Below the pieces are notes generated by a model that ran no database searches, was not told the DNA's origin, and was given only the letters and a program-made list of their open reading frames with translations. This document shows, piece by piece, positions 41,266 to 54,207 of a DNA stretch of 64,000 nucleotides (positions within the stretch are counted from its first letter, which is position 1; every line of letters begins with the position of its first letter). This DNA is from Flaccisagitta enflata (Eukaryota). Made by a program: the position numbers and the translations under genes. The stretch lies in assembly GCA_965153355.1 (NCBI GenBank), contig OZ231126.1, forward strand, positions 27,218,001-27,282,000, given 5' to 3'.

Positions 41266-44159
41266 GAAATATTACTTGCTCATATGCATTCAGTACTTAG
41301 TCAATTTGCTACCAATTATCATAAAATCAGTCGACACTTAACGGAGGGAAACAAGCCCGACCGGGCAAAGATGCGTCCGGACTGTGTTTCTGCGTGAATT
41401 GATCATGTGACATACATGGAGAGACAGATGGATGAACAGACGGGTGAAACGACTGAGTAGTAGAGGAGGCTCTCAAAACATGTTGGTTGATCATTTCAGT
41501 GTAGAATCTCACGGTGGCCAAAAACCGCCGAGAAACGCGGTTTTTGCACAGGCGTAACGGACCGACGGACCGACGGACCGACGGACGGACGGACAGACCC
41601 TCTTATAGAGATGCGAGGACGCATCTAAAAACTTTGCTGCTCCGCACGGGGACGAAACAATACAAATAATGAAAACCCTTTTGACTCCTTCCCAATTCGC
41701 ATTCGGGTTCATGCGTTTCAGGTTCAGTCAATCCTTGTCAATGATTGGCAATAAAATAGAGAGAGATAAGGACGCATCCAATAACAGGCCAGTAGATATA
41801 CATACCGTCTAATAATAGAAAAGAATACTACCATTTTGATTGAAATGTCAATTTCGCCACCCCCCCCACATACTGCCCCTGCCCACCACATGCTGCCCCT
41901 GCCCAACTTTATTGGCCGTGTATCCGGCCTCGTTCCATTTTCGAAATCGCCTGTATTGACAGAACAAGGCCAAGTAGGCCAATCAGTTGCGACGTGCGGA
42001 TCGTCGAACGAATGCGTTACAGACCGGCCTCGTTCCATTTTCAAAATCGCCTGTAATGACAGAAAAAGCGAGAAACAGGTCAAAAAGTTGTTTTAATTCA
42101 AGTGCTGCTAATGCGCATCGGAATGCATGCGAAATTTCATATCCGTTATTGGTGGATTTCCTGATACTCTTGGGTCCGTTATAGCGGGGTGTAACTGCAG
42201 TTTGAAAGACCATTCAAAGAGCTTTCCATTAATCGTCGGTTTCCCCACCCTCAGATTCTTAGCCTCAGTAGTCTTAAAACATGCAATTTTCTATGCAATT
42301 TTACATTGAAAGTATCAAAGAAAGTCACCATGGATATGATATTGGTTTCTTGTTTCTATTATCTTGGAACCAAGGTTTGCAGTATGCTTAAAATTGGTTA
42401 GTTTCAATCATATAGAAAGACTTATTTTTTCAAGGTCCTCAGGTTAGATTTAAGGCAATTAACATACCGAACACGGTATGGTCGCTTTTGCGGGTGGCAC
42501 TGTCAACCCTTCCTTTAACGGAGAAAATTAGCAACCGAAGCCAACTTCTGCACATGGAAGTCCTTGAAGACTTGGGAAAAGTTTGAAGGAAGCTATAAGT
42601 CATTGAAAACTTGGGGAAAATTTCAGAAAAATGGTGAGTTGAGAAAAAACTTTTTCCGTTGACATATTATTCCGTATTACCCCATTTGCTTTCTGGCGTA
42701 CTCGTGAAAATTCTTTGATCATAGATCGACGGTTTATCAGAAATCATCTAGGTTAACGAGAAAAATAGATGTTCCATCAACTTCACAACCCGAAGGCAGG
42801 AACAAAATTGAGCTTTCGACCTACGTACCTTTTTCTCCCCGCGGTGTCCTCTGATCTTTGAAAGGATTAGCATTTAACATTGACTTCCACTGCAGAAATA
42901 AAAATGTTTTAAAATTCGTTGACCAGAAACTTTTTCGTTTCTCTCCTTGAAAAAAAACGCAAATAGTAAGAATTCTTGCCAATCGTCTCCACCGGGCCCG
43001 GAGGCAGATCCACCCGACAAACCCGTAAGTTAACTCGCTCCACTTCGGTGCAAACCAACAAGAAGAGACACTTTGGCTAGTTGTGATCGGCAAGGGGGAA
43101 ATTGATAATTGATTATCGTTCATCTAACTAAACAACATTTTTCCATTTAATGTCGGGATCAGATTATCAGACCAACCTTGCAACACGTATCCATATTCAA
43201 ATAAAACACAAAACCCTGAGCGAGGATGAAAAAATAATGACATGTGCAATATGAGCATAATGAGATCTTCATTCAATGGAACATTTAAGCCCAATTAATA
43301 AGAAAACAAGGCTAGAAACACACCCAACCCAGTTGACATTGATTTCGAAGGATTTTGAAAGAATTCGGGCGAAGGCAAATGAAGCAAAATCTTAATAATA
43401 GCCAAACAATATCAATGTGTGACGGAACGACGCACGGACCTTCAAACGGGGTATAGATTCGCGTGAACAGGCTTTTTAAACAACCTTCAGGGGGTAAACT
43501 CAATTCAAGACAACCAAGAGGCCCTCCCATAAGCACGACTTCCTCCCTAAAAATCGTCACGGACAACACTGTGCTGTCCTTTTGTCCTTAAGACGGCATC
43601 GTAACCAGTGGTGATCGTAGGGCCTAGTTCTAAGTCATGTCGGGTAACGGCCTCGAAACTCTGGGGCGGCGGCGACGGCGGCAGCCTCAGCCGAGGCGGT
43701 GAGAAAAGAGTCACGGCTGCGTAACACTCTTTACAAATATTCTCTTTGATAATTATTTTCAACTTGTTTTCCCAAGTACACAAAAACTGCGCAACTGCTC
43801 TAGGCACGGGGGAACCAAACAGGTGGTGAAAGAGTGTTCGTCAAAAGACGCATTTGTTAAAACGGTGGTGAGAGAACTTGAAAAAAGACGATTATCTGAC
43901 GATATAATATGAAATACAAAACCCTTTTGGAGTGATAAACATAATGAAGAGAACGGTGAATGAAAAAGTTAGAAAGAATAAAAGGCAACTAGAAAGCAAG
44001 AAACAGAGGGACGGACAGACGAGACAAGGAATGAATGAGACATATAAAAGAGAGAGAGAGAGAGGAGAGAGAAAGAGAGAGAGAGAGAAGGAGAGAGAAA
44101 GAGAGAGAGATGAAAGAGAGAGAAGGAGAGAGAAAGAGAGAGAGATGAAAGAGGGAGAA

Positions 44160-44310
44160 GAAAAGACAGGCATGAAAGAGAGAGAAGAAAAGACAGGCAT
44201 GAAAGAGAGAGAGGAGAAAGACAGGCATGAAAGAGAGAGAGGAGAAAGACAGGCATGAAAGAGAGAGAGGAGAAAGACAGGCATGAAAGAGAGGAGAAAG
44301 ACAGACATGA
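44160..44310. repeat. Minisatellite (AAAGACAGGCATGAAAGAGAGAGAGGAG)n within a GA-rich tract
   Basis: About 5-6 copies of a 27-30-bp unit followed by (GA)n. Confidence 0.85.
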
Positions 44311-44322
44311 AAGAGGCAAGAG

Positions 44323-44435
<113 letters not shown>

Positions 44436-45160
44436 ACTTTCAGATTTCGGTCCTTAGACTTAGTTAACTTTAAAAACGGCGCGGAGGTCCGATGGAGACT
44501 GGAATGCAATTAATTGCCGACTGTCTACTGTCTAGTCAGCCGCGAAATGAGCCATCTCGCCCTCCGAAGTAAATGGTCGCCGGTCGCGGTCATAGGGTCT
44601 CTTCTCATCTTTCGTTCTTTTACGAGTTTCGCAGCTCTCGGTCGATGAGATCGTGAGAGTAAGGTCGAGGTGAGGATGTCTCATCGGATCCTAAGCCAAA
44701 GGATGAGTTTTTTCTCTGCTTTCGGATGATCATCGCAAATCGAGCGATTGATTCTCACTGGATGAGTCAACAGCCTTTTGAGCGGCGGCCCCGACAGGGA
44801 CGAAAACCTGTTGAACACAGGACTTTCCTTCGTAGGTCCAGTCATTGATTCGTTTGTCCTGTCCCCTCATAACGGTCTCTCGACAGCAACCTCTCGTGTT
44901 TCGAGCGACAGATCTGCCCCTTAAAATCTCAAAACAGCTATCTCAAGCCTCAAATCCAAACCTTTTGGTCCTCTGGGGTTACAGTCCTCTCAGGCCTAAA
45001 AACAACCCAGTTCTACGCAATTTCATCCTCCTTGAAATCACTAACCAACTCCTCAACCATGCAATCTTTCAAAGCAGACACATTTCACCCTAAGATGACT
45101 AGGGTGGTTCCATGTGAAATCATCAAAAAGTGAAAACCCTCAAAAAATGGAATTTGCTCT

Positions 45161-47610
45161 TTTTAGTCGCGTGCACGTGACTACACTTTGTAGGTCGGTA
45201 GGTCGGTCGGTAGGTCCATCCGTCCGTCCGTCAATTATGACTTTTTAAGGTTTTTTAAGGTAATTTAAGGTACTCTAGGGTATTTTAGGGTACTTTAGAG
45301 TACTTTAGGGTACTTCAGTTATTCTAGGTACTTAAGGTACTTTAGGGTACTTTCAGGTATTTTTGGGTACTTATAGGAACTTTTGATGATTTTTGATTAA
45401 TTTTGGGTACTTTAGGGTACTTTAGGGTACTTAAGTTATTCTAGGTACTTAAGGTACTTTAGGGTACTTTCAGGTATTTTTGGGTACTTATAGGTACTTT
45501 TGATGATTTTTGATTAATTTTGGGTATTTTAGGGTATTTTTGGGTATATTTGGGTATTATTAGGTATTTTCAGGTATTTTTGGATATTTTATGGTATTTT
45601 TGTGTATTTTTGGGCATTTTTGGGTATATTTGACACAAATGTTTTTTTCAGATATTTTTAGGTATTTCTTGGTATTTGTTTAATGTATTGATGTATTGAT
45701 ATTTTAGAAATATTTTGGGACATTATTGAACATTGTGGAACATTTTGGAGCATTATGGAACATTGCGGAACATTTTGGAACATTGCGGAACATTTTGGAA
45801 CATTGTGGAGCATTGTGGAAATTGCGTTGTGAAAATTGCGTTGTGGAAATTGTGTTTGTGTTGTGGAAACTGCGTTGTAGATTGTTAGATAGGAAAGAAA
45901 GGAGGGAGGAAGGAAGAAAGGAAACAGCAGTATGTATGTAAGTAGGTATGTATGTATGTATGTAAGTAAGTATGTATGTATGTAAGTAAGTATGTATGTA
46001 TGTAAGTATGTAGTATGTATGTATGTAAGTAAATATGTAAGTATGTATTAGACCCATTTTTCCCGAGACTTTTGTAGCTAGAAAACATATGACAGTGCCA
46101 TATTGTTGCAAACTTTATCTGCTATCGTGTTGTAAAAAGAAAAAAACAATTTTAAAAATTCTTGGCTTGGGTTTCGAACAGTGAAATTTGCTAAAAATAT
46201 AGGAAAATGAAAATTTCAAAATGAAAATTTTTGAAATCTGATTGCAGATTCAGGTTCTTCATGAAAAAGTGTAAATGAAAAGTGCTCTTCTTTTTTTGAT
46301 ATTTTTACAAGAAGCCTGTCAAATATTAAAAAAACTAACGAAAAGCGCGTAATTGTTCTTTTGTTCGCTTTTTTCAACAAAAATCAGATTTTTTGTCATG
46401 TTCCCATAGGAATTTTAAAAAATGAATTATACTTTGTGTACATACTTTTTCATGGAGAATAAGAATCTGCAATCAGATTTTGAAAATTTTCATTTTAGCA
46501 AATTTTCATTTTAGCAAATTTCATCGTTCGAAACCCGAGCCAAGAATTTTGAAAATTGTTTTTCTTTTTACATTATGATAGCAGATAGACTTTGCAACAA
46601 TATGGCACTGTCATATGTTTTCTAACTACAAAAGTCTTGGGAAAAAATGGGTCTAGTATGTATGTATGTAAGTATGTAAGTATGTATGTAAGTATGAAAG
46701 TATGTAAGTAAGTATGTAGTATGTTGAGTATGAAGTTATGTAAGTATGTAAGTATGTATGTATGTAAGTATGTATGTATGTAAGTATGTATGTAAGTATG
46801 TATGTAAGTATGTATGTAAGTAAGTATGTAAGTATGTAAGTAAGTATGTAAGTATGTATGTAAGTATGTAAATATGTAAGTATGTAAATATGTAAGTATG
46901 TAAGTAAGTATGTAAGTATGTATGTATTTATGTATGTATGTAAGTATGTATGTATGTAAGTATGTATGAATGTATGTATGAACGTATGTATGTAAGTATT
47001 ACTATGTATGTAAGTATGTAAGTAAGTATGTAAGTATGTAAATAAGTATATAAGTATGTAAGTAAGTATGTATGTAAGTATGTTTTGATATTGATATTGA
47101 TATTTTAAAAACATTTTTGGATATTATTAAACATTGCGGAACATTTTGTAGCATTGTGGAACATTTTGGAGCATTATGGAACATTGCTGAACATTGTGGA
47201 GCATTGTGGAAATTGCATTGTGAAAATTGCATTATGAAAATTGCATTGTGAAAATTGCATTGTGGAAATTGTGTGGAAATTGCGTTGTGGAAATTGCGTT
47301 GTGGAATGTAAGATCGGAAAGAAAGGAGGGAGGAAGGAAGAAAGGAAACAGCAGTATGTATGTATGTATGTAAGTAAGTATGTAAGTATGTATGTAAGTA
47401 AGTATGTAAGTATGTAGTATGTATGTAAGTATGTAGTATGTATGTAAGTATGTAATCATGTAAGTATGTAAGTATGTATGTAAGTATGTAAGTATGTAGT
47501 AAGTATGTAGTATGTTAAGTATATAGTATGAAGTTATGTAGTTGTGTGTAGTATGAAGTTGTGTAGTTTTGTGTAACTTAGCACGCGACTGTTGGCCTGT
47601 TGGGCTTGTT
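45161..47610 (+). mobile_element. HINE swollen by internal micro/minisatellites
   Basis: tttagtcgcgtgcacgtgact, (GGTC)n, (TAGGGTACTT)n, (GAACATTGTG)n, (GTAT/GTAA)n, then gcacgcgact and a ggcctgttgggcttgtt 3' end. Inserted in a T-run of the host arm. Confidence 0.7.
46048..46656. mobile_element. Foldback MITE inserted at TA in a (GTAT)n tract
   Basis: ta|ttagacccatttttcccgagacttttgtag ... ctacaaaagtcttgggaaaaaatgggtctag|ta; palindromic throughout. Confidence 0.85.
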
Positions 47611-47810
47611 TGGTGTGAAGGTACTCCCTCGGGGAGTTATTCAAGAATCCCGATTTTTTTTCGCTCAGACCCATATTTTGGGTTTTACAGGGGTTTGAAA
47701 TTTTAACCCGGGGGTACCATATCTCAGCCAATTTTCATGTCAATCTTCTTGTTTTATCCCAAAGAATCTGTTGGAGAAAGAGTTCGCACTAAAAGAAATC
47801 ATTTTGGTAG

Positions 47811-48362
47811 TTTGTGGGCAGCGGCCCCGAAGGGGTCGATGACCTATGCCTTCACACATATGGGGAATTTTCTCCTTCTTCTCCTCCTTCTCCTTCTTCT
47901 TCTCCATCCCCCCCCTAAAATCCCAGTCTCGAGGCTCAATTTCCTGTCTCGAGGCCTAAATCCTAGTCTTGAGGCCTAAATCCTAGTCTTAAGGCCCAAA
48001 TCTTAGCCTTTAGGCCAAAATCCAAGGCTTAAGGACAAAATCCTAGCCTAAAGGCCAAATTCCTAGCCTTGAGAACCAGATCCCAGCCTTGGGAACCAGA
48101 TCCCAGCCTTGGGGCCCAGATCCCAGCCTTGGGACCCATATCTCAGCCTTGAGGCCCAAATCTCAGCCTCAAGGTCCAAATTCCGGCTAAGAGGCCCGAT
48201 CCCAGGAGGAGAAGGAGAAGAAGGAGAAAATTCCCCATATGTGTGAAAGCATAGGTCATCGACCCCTTCGGGGCCACTACCCTGCTCCCCCCTCAACTTC
48301 AAGCACAACTTCCTCAGGCAGGGCACGGGTACCGCTGACCATCTGACGCTTTTGCGACTATT
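47811..48362 (+). mobile_element. HINE family B, intact-looking copy
   Basis: ~65-bp inverted arms (gggcagcggccccgaaggggtcgatgacctatg...ggggaattttctcc) enclose a ~21-bp tandem array; 3' tail ends gcttttgcgactatt. Confidence 0.75.
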
Positions 48363-48805
48363 ACCCCTAGGGGTACCAATACGGGTACCCCCAGGGTACC
48401 AAGCCCCTAAAAATTTTGATAAATAAGTTGGAAAAATATTTTTCCATGTTTGTTGTTTCATATTCAAGAATAAAAAATATGGGAACTCAACTCCATAGTA
48501 CGTTGAGTCAGAATATGTTGCTTTTAACTTACCACCATGATCAATAGCTCATTTTATAGATCTCCGCCAATTGATTTTAAAGTTCAAATCTCATTGTAGT
48601 GAGAATCCTAAACCCTTAGGCGCAGAGCATGCAAAAAATGAATGAAATCATATTTTACCTTTTTCAAAATTTTACTTCTCCAATAACATTTTGTGTCATT
48701 CTGCTTAGTTTACCAGATCATTGGAGAATGTGGGAAATACATTTAGACGTGAGATGATTCAGCCAAGCATAACGGTGAAAAAAACTAGAGCACTAAGTGA
48801 CTTAA

Positions 48806-50061
48806 AATAGCAGCCCAAAGGCAGAAAATGGTGAGCGGTTCCTATGCCCTGCTTGAGTACTTAGCGCCTGATTCAGGTTGAGGGGGAGTAGGGCAGCGGC
48901 CTTGAAGGGGAGAAAGTCCTGTGGAAAAGGGGAGGGGAGAGAATCTGTCTGTCTGTCAATCCAAATAGCCCAAATCCAAGCATTGTGGCCCAAATCCAAG
49001 CAAAATAGGCCAAATCCAAGCAATATGGGCCAAATCCAAGTAAAATGGCCCAAATCTGGTCGGTATTGGTAAGTATTGGAGGCTACAATATAGGTCTAAA
49101 GGGCCAAAATGATGGACCTCAGGCCTGAATTGGAATTTTATGGTTTAGATTTTTGCCATTTTGCTTGGATTTGGGCCATTATATTTGGATTTGGGCCATT
49201 TTGTTTTGATATTGGCTATATTGCTTGGATTTAGGCTATTTGGCAGAATTTAGGTCAGAAGAGGCCCCAAAGAAGAAGCCCTGAGGATGAGGTGGGGGGG
49301 ATGCGCAAATGTACAGATGGACAAATGGACAGATTCCCCCTTTATTTTACAGGACTTTGTCCCCTTCGGAACCGCTGCCCAAAAAGAAATAGCAGCCCAA
49401 AGACAGTAAATGGTCAGCAGTACCCATGCCCTGCTTGAGTAGTGTTTGATTTATGTTGAAGGGGAGCAGGGTAGCGGCCCCGAAGGGGTCAAAGTCCTGT
49501 AAAACACAGGGGAAATCTGCTCATCCAGCTATCCGTCTGTTCATCCGTTCTGCCAAAAAGCCCAAAAATGGCCTAAATCCAAGCATAATGGCTCAAATTC
49601 AAGCAAAAGCTGGTCAGAACCTAGATATTGGAGGCCACAACATAGGTCCAATATGATAGACCTAGTATTGGGGTTTTCTGGCTAGATTTGGGCCGTTTTG
49701 CTTGAATTTGGGCAATTATGCTTGGATTTGGGACATTTTGCTTAGATTTAGGTTATATTGCTTGGATTTGGGCTATTTAGCAGAATTTGGGTCAGAAATG
49801 ATGGACCTTGGGCCAGAATTGGGGTTTTCTGGCTAGATTTGGGTCACTTTGCTTGAATTTGGGCCATTATGCTTGGATTTGGGCCATTTTGCTTAGATTT
49901 GGGCCATGTTGCTTGGATTTGGGCTATTTAGCAGAATTTTGGTCAAAATAGGGCTTGAAGGAGACAATGAAGATAGGGGGGATGGATATACTGATGTACG
50001 GCGGATAGATTTTCCCTGTGTTCTTCAGGTCTTCGTCCCCTTTGGGGCCACTGCCTAAAAA
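48806..50061 (-). mobile_element. Two head-to-tail HINE family B variants (48806-49385 and 49387-50061)
   Basis: Both begin aatagcagcccaaag, contain (GCTTGGATTTGGGCCATT..)n arrays and end gctgccc/ctgcct-aaaaa. Confidence 0.7.
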
Positions 50062-50569
50062 CAAACAGAAGGAACACATCTGTATCAATCAATCAACATG
50101 TAATTTTCTCCATAAACAGGTTAATTAACACAGTAACGAATGATAACATGGAGTGGACTAAACCTAAGCCCGAGTACAGACATAAGATTTTAGTAAAACA
50201 GTCGATTTGATACAGCAAAGATGCGTGGGATACAAGAGAGAGCTAATTACGGCTATTTTGGTCAGAGGGCTTGTACTTGAAAGACCAGAGTTTGTAGGAT
50301 CACCTTGTGGTGTCGTAGTTAAATTTCCTTGTGTCAAGCTGTGTGGATTAGGGGTGCGTGCTAAAGGGGTGCGAGAGGGGGAATGGGAAGTGCGGTGGGC
50401 AGTTTTCTCTTGCTTCTTGAGAACTATGTTTGCTAAAATGTGAATATTTCAAACAGAGGATATTTAGGAACATTGCTCAGTCAAATTTGTTACAATTTTT
50501 CCATAGTATGTTCTGTAAGGGGCCCCTAAGCTTGTATATTTGGGAATGAGATGAAGAGAAGCTGGTTTT

Positions 50570-51935
50570 GAGGGCTGAGAGGGAGGGTTTTGAGTCTTAA
50601 GGTCTAATGTAGGGTCTGAGAGGCATGATTTGGGGTCTGAAAGGCTCAATTTTGGGTCTGAAAGGCCTGATTTTGGGTCTGAGAGGTCATATTGAGTCTA
50701 AAAGCTTGACTTGAGGTTTCAGAGGCGTAATTTTGGGTCTAACTGGCCTGATTTTGGGTTTGAGTGGACTGATGTGAAATCTGAGTGGCCTGGTTTGGGG
50801 TCTGAGAGTCTTGATATGTCTGAGAAGCCTAATTTGGAGTCTGAGAAGTCTAGTTTCGGGTCTGAGTGGGCTGATTTGGGGTCTGAAAGGCCTGTGAGGT
50901 CTAGTTGGGGGTCTGAGTGGCCTTATTTGGGGTCTGAGAGGCCTTGTTTGAGGTCTTGTGGGCCTAAGCGATGTAATCTGGGACTTAGCAACCTAATCTG
51001 GGTTTCAGCAACCTACTCTTAGCCCCAGCCATGAACCGCCCCAAACTTCGACGCTGACTCTCACCAATCTCACCATGGTTGAGGCTTGGTAAAAAAACAT
51101 CCCATGCAAAATTTCAGGCCTCTGGAACAGCCGGAACCTTTGTCAGGGTGACCATGAAGTTTCCTTAGTAACCTATGGCAGAGACAAAATTTGCATAATA
51201 GAAATATTGATTCCAATGCTAATTCAATACAAACTTCAACCTCACCCTGACGAATGTTCCTGCTATCTTAGAGGCCCAAAATTTTACATGGAATGTTTTT
51301 TTACCAAGCCTCAACTGTGGTAAGATTGGTGAGAGCCATAGTCAAAGTTTGGGGCGCTTCACGGGACGTACCCAGCAACCTAATCTGGGTCCCAGCAACC
51401 TACTCTTAGCCTCAGCAACCTGATCTGGGCCTCAGCAGTGTAATTGGGGCATCAGGAACTTAATCTAAGCCTATGCGACCTAATGATGGCCTCAGCGATC
51501 TAATACTGGCCTGAGCAACAAAATGCCAGCCTCAGAGACCTTATCCCAACATCAACGACCCAATACCAGCATCAGCAACCTAATAATAGCCCTAGCAACC
51601 TTATAGCAACCTTATAGCCTCAACATCCTAATAGTGACCTTAGCAACCTAATACCTGCGTTTGCGACCTAATTCCTGTGTTAGCAACCTAATCTATACAA
51701 CAATAACTTAATGCCAGCTTTAGAAACCTAATCCCAGTCTCAGCAACTTAATGCCAGTCTCAGCAACCTAATACTGCTTTCAACAAATCAACTTATCTTA
51801 GCCTCACTGACCATATCCCAGCCTCACTGACCTAATCCCGGCTTAAGCAACCTAATGCCAGCCTCAGAGACCTTATCCAGGTAAAAACCTAGTCCCTGCC
51901 TCAGAAATTTAATCCTAGCCTCAATAACCTAATCC
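50570..51935. repeat. Two degenerate ~21-bp minisatellites, with a palindromic MITE at ~51028-51366
   Basis: (GGGTCTGAGAGGCCTGATTTT)n at 50570-50970 and (CAGCAACCTAATCCCAGCCT)n at 50985-51935. The MITE arms gccccaaact...ctctcaccaatct are mirrored. Confidence 0.7.
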
Positions 51936-54207
51936 CAACCCCTTTCTTTTCTTCAGCTCAAACATAGGTCTCACCGCGCCTAAGGGTACCGTCATGCTAA
52001 GACTGCAAGGTTTAAAATTTCAGTTCAGTTTGCCATGTCTAATCCATGGAGCGTCTGAAGCATGACGGAATTTGAGATTTTTTCAGGCTGAATCAACGTA
52101 CAGTCCATAGTACCCAAAAAAAGGGTCAAATATGGGTAGTAGGGCCCATTTTTGGGGTTTTTGGCATTTTTGATCAAAATTGCAAAAAATGGGCCGTACC
52201 ACCCATTTTTAACCCTTTTTTGGGTACTATGGAATTGAGCTCCCATATTTTTTATTCTTGAATATGAAACAACAAACATGGAAAAATATTTTTCCAACTT
52301 TTTTTCCCAAAAATTTTAGGGGCTTGGTACCCTGGGGGTACCTGCAGGGGTACCCTTAAAGGTAAAAACTACCAAAGTGATTTTTTTTGGTTCAAAGTTT
52401 TTTTCCAACAGATTCTGTGGGTAAAAAGAAAACCCAAAATATGGGTCCGAGTGAAAAAATATTCAGGATTCTTGAATTACTCCCCAAGGCAGACGACGAA
52501 CGTAGCCTCAGATGTGTAAAAGACTTTTTTAGGGTACCATCACTTTTTACCGAGCGCATTCGAGATTCTCTGTTGTATTATTCTTCATTTTATAGATCGG
52601 AAAGATAACTACAAGAAAATTCTTTGGCCACTTTCTAGTCTTTGATTACTTATGGTTCTCGATGGTTGTGAATCATAGTGTTATGGAAAAAGTAGATAAG
52701 TGTTGATCAACCATTCAGTGCATCAATTTGATTGAACAACAAAATGCTCTCTTGATGTAAGTTATGATGATTGCTGATAAATATTTTTTTCATTTCTTGT
52801 TGACATGTTCAACCTCACTTTTTTCCAACTTCCATAGCCGGAAGAATTGATTTGACAACAGATTCTGCTTAGTTAGATATGGATCTATGAGAATCAAGAA
52901 AAAAGTAAATTCTTCCGCCATTATGGATACTCTGCCCCAAGGGATACCTTTACACCAAAAAAGAGCAAATTCAATTTTTTAAGGGTTTTCACTTTTTGAT
53001 GATTTCACATGGAACTAATTAGTCTCCCAAAGCTCACTCAATCATTCGCTAGGATCTGAGAAGCTTGGTCCATCTGCTGATCAGTCCCTCTACCGTTGAA
53101 TTGCCGTTTAAAATTATACATCCCTTGAGCAGTCCTCGTGAGTCTCAGCGTTCCAAATTTAGTTTCGAAATAATATTATCTGTTGCCTTCTCGAGCATCA
53201 ATAAATAATGAGTCAGGAAGAAATGAAAATATGGATTTTATTACAGGAGACACAGGGGATCAAAAATACCCATCTATAGAACCAAGCGTAATCGGTAGAA
53301 AAAGAAGCGGAGAATTCTTAACGAAAAAAAATCAAACAAAACAAAACATAGGAGGACCGAAAGTTAGAAAAAATATGAATGAGACGCCACGTTGATAAAA
53401 GAGGGGAAGGGTTAGACAGATCAATGAACACCATTTTAATCGTTGAATCTTTGAAAAAAGAATCAATTCAAATTAATGCGGCATCCGACTTCACTAGGTC
53501 ACAATACTTTCTCTGTTGGAACGATAGATTTTCTATCGGCATTATCGATATATTAGTGAAGTGCGAGGAGAGGAAACCAAGTTACTTCATTTTGCTTCTA
53601 TATATAAGAAATACGGATTTTACTACACAGACCCACAAGGGACGGACGCACATCACAACATAAGACCGAAATAACTTTTTAGTAAATGCTTCTACAATCA
53701 GCAACCTGCACTAGTGTGTGCTTGTAAGTTTTACATTGTTCTCTTTTGGCGGTTGAGCGTTATTCTCATGAGGGCAAGAAGAGATCTCGGGGGTTATGTA
53801 AAAATATAGCGAGTCAGGATGATGAGGGTCCCACGAAGTCTCAATTGCGACGACAATACAAACACACTTATGGTAAATTCTAGTACTAGAATATATACGA
53901 TGGCAAAAAACTTGCCGTACAAAATACATTTCGTATGTGTGTGCATGTGTTTGTGTTCACTAGAAAAGATGAGCGCGATATCGTTTAAATAGTTATAAAT
54001 GTAAAAATTAATTGAAACTTTTTTGGTAAGATGCTACGACTGCGTCATTAATGAATATGTATGCAAACATATGAACGAAAATCTTGATAAGTTGATATGA
54101 CAGACAAACACAAATGGAGAGTATTAAAATACTTTTTTTTGGTTGTCATGAATAGGTTTTCAATTCAGATTGTATTCTCTCGGCTAAATCGCGTAAGTTG
54201 ACTAGAG

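Larger units (their letters stand above)
47624..52492. mobile_element. TIR/foldback element with nested HINEs and MITE
   Basis: ctccctcggggagttattcaagaatcc...gacccatattttgggttt is inverted at 52430-52492, and 48365-48500 is inverted at 52230-52360. Confidence 0.7.
45100..53021. mobile_element. TIR element (TAGGGTGGTTCCATGTGAAATC) expanded to 7.9 kb by nested insertions
   Basis: gttccatgtgaaatcatcaaaaagtgaaaaccct...atttgctcttttt (45107-45163) continues as tttggtgtgaaggta at 47609. Both pieces are inverted at ~52945-53015. Confidence 0.7.
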
